NCBI GenBank assembly: GCA_905178155.1
Contig: CAJINV010000002.1
Coordinates: forward strand, 12,533,621-12,597,620
DNA from: Amoebophrya sp. A120
Lineage: Eukaryota; Protista; Dinoflagellata
Reading direction: 5' to 3'
Length of the DNA stretch: 64,000 nt
Shown: positions 62,622 through 64,000 of the stretch, one piece after another
Layout: each line of letters starts with the position of its first letter
Position numbering within the stretch: the stretch's first letter is position 1
Position numbers and translations under genes: made by a program
The notes under the pieces: model-generated
What the model saw: the letters and a program-made list of their open reading frames with translations, nothing else
The model's database searches: none
What the model was told of the DNA's origin: nothing

Positions 62622-63914
62622 TCAATCCCAAGAGTCAAAGGAGAAAAACTCTAGTTCTTCGATCACGAACTCTTCCTGCGTCGACAGTGTCGTGGAATTG
62701 AAAGTTGCGCAGTTCGGCGAGCTCGTGCCCCGCAAAAAGTCGGACTCGATCACAATGGCCGCTCGTCCCCCGCCACCCACCGCAAGCATGGTCTCGTCAG
62801 AGTACTGGATGGAGGAGTTCGCCGCACTCCAGGGATACACGCGGAGAAACTTTTGCCCATTTTCCGCTCCCTTCTCCGCACTCGTCCGTACGGCGAACAC
62901 GAAGCTTTCTCCGCTGCCGTAGTAGGTTCCCTTGCACTCCCAGCTTTGCGCCAGAAACGCGCCGAACCGCGCCCCAAACTGGTCCTTGACGAACAACACC
63001 GACGGGCCCTTGTCGTGCAAATTCCTGTGAAACGTCTGCAGCGACACGCCGTGCCTCGACGGGGAATAGGCCAACTGCCAGTTGCTGAAACGGACAGAGA
63101 GTGGCAGGAAAGCAACTAGTTCAGCGAACAAATCCTGGTCTTCGAGCGTCGCCGCCTCCCAGATCCGGCTGTTGGTCGGCGGCTTGGGCAGCGCGAGGAG
63201 ACTTTCTTCCTCCGTGTTCGAAGAGCCAGAGGAGGTCTGGAGACCGGTTGGCTGCGCGGCTGCACTCGTGGCGGTCGGAGCTTGACTCCCAACTGGCCGT
63301 CGATTTGCAGGGTTGATGGAACCCGTGCTGACGTTGTTGTGCTCAAATGCTTGCAGTTTCTCTGTCCCCGCGGTTTTGTCACTCCACAAGTTGTCATCTT
63401 CCTGCACCAATTTCCGCCGGTAGCTTCCCCCGATCCGTCCCTGCTCCTGCTGCTGCGCAAATGGAACTGCTGCAGCCGGATTCGTCGACGTGGCCCTGAC
63501 ATTCTTGTCGGCAACGCCAGAAGCCGCTGCCGCTAGTACGCCACCGCCACTTGTGTCCACCGTTGATCCAGGCTGTAGTACCTCCTCCTCTGCACTTCTA
63601 CCACCCGCACTACTAAATCGGTCTTCGCCGCCGCGGCGTCTCCGGTCCTGCGTTCCGCTACCACCGCTTCTGGCCGATGAGGACGCCGATCCGGAAGAGC
63701 CGGAATAAGACGACGACTGCTGCCCTCCTAACTTCACTGCGTGCTCGTCCGACGGCCCGAAAAAAGTTTCCCAGACCGATGAGATGAGCGATGGCGGCTC
63801 CGGCGGCAAGTAGTGTTCACGCAGTTCTTGCCCGCGTTGGTCGTAGTTTCTCGCCCTGTTTTGTTCCCGTCGTGGGGCTCTGGATGACGAGGAGCTCGCT
63901 GCATCCTTATGGAT
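62622..63914 (-). CDS. TLDc-domain protein (OXR1/NCOA7-like), last exon; 5' part lies beyond the window
   Basis: WQLAYSPSRHGVSLQTFH...FGAF...YYGSGESFVF...LAVGGGG...GTSSPNCATFNS...FVIEELEFF. The frame stays open upstream of 63809 up to the introner end. Confidence 0.92.
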   Translation of the reverse strand: MHKDAASSSSSRAPRREQNRARNYDQRGQELREHYLPPEPPSLISSVWETFFGPSDEHAVKLGGQQSSSYSGSSGSASSSARSGGSGTQDRRRRGGEDRFSSAGGRSAEEEVLQPGSTVDTSGGGVLAAAASGVADKNVRATSTNPAAAVPFAQQQEQGRIGGSYRRKLVQEDDNLWSDKTAGTEKLQAFEHNNVSTGSINPANRRPVGSQAPTATSAAAQPTGLQTSSGSSNTEEESLLALPKPPTNSRIWEAATLEDQDLFAELVAFLPLSVRFSNWQLAYSPSRHGVSLQTFHRNLHDKGPSVLFVKDQFGARFGAFLAQSWECKGTYYGSGESFVFAVRTSAEKGAENGQKFLRVYPWSAANSSIQYSDETMLAVGGGGRAAIVIESDFLRGTSSPNCATFNSTTLSTQEEFVIEELEFFSFDSWD

Positions 63915-64000
63915 TGTAAAAATGTCTGGGTCTGGAAACTTGTGATGCTGGGTGGCGTCTCATGATGAGGCTACAAATGCTGGCTCAGCATGACAAGTTT
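63915..64000. mobile_element. Second copy (one end) of introner family A, in the TLDc gene
   Basis: tgtaaaaatgtctgggtctggaa matches the ABCC-intron terminal repeat. Internal motifs aaacttgtgatgc and gcatgacaagttt match aaacttgtcatgc near 10856. Confidence 0.8.

Overview
Eukaryotic genomic DNA, not prokaryotic. All credible genes lie on the minus strand, and they contain both GT-AG introns and non-canonical introns bounded by inverted and short direct repeats. This combination points to a syndinean dinoflagellate such as Amoebophrya (inferred, not searched). Recognisable genes: a DEAD-box RNA helicase running off the left edge, a ~2,430-aa ABCC transporter, a Tctex-1 dynein light chain, a ~4,515-aa NO VEIN-like protein (R3H + GHKL ATPase + DUF3883 nuclease-like domain), a TLDc protein, and several orphan secreted or membrane proteins. 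The most striking structure is at 3121-7079: four copies of one 40-59 bp sequence separate three unrelated 1.1-1.45 kb non-coding, repeat- or hairpin-rich cassettes, as if different elements had inserted repeatedly at one site with very long target duplications, apparently inside a coding exon. Also notable are two introner-like families (one with two copies here) and a ~1.25 kb segment whose word usage suggests it is reversed or complemented rather than reverse-complemented. All calls were made by eye with no database searches.
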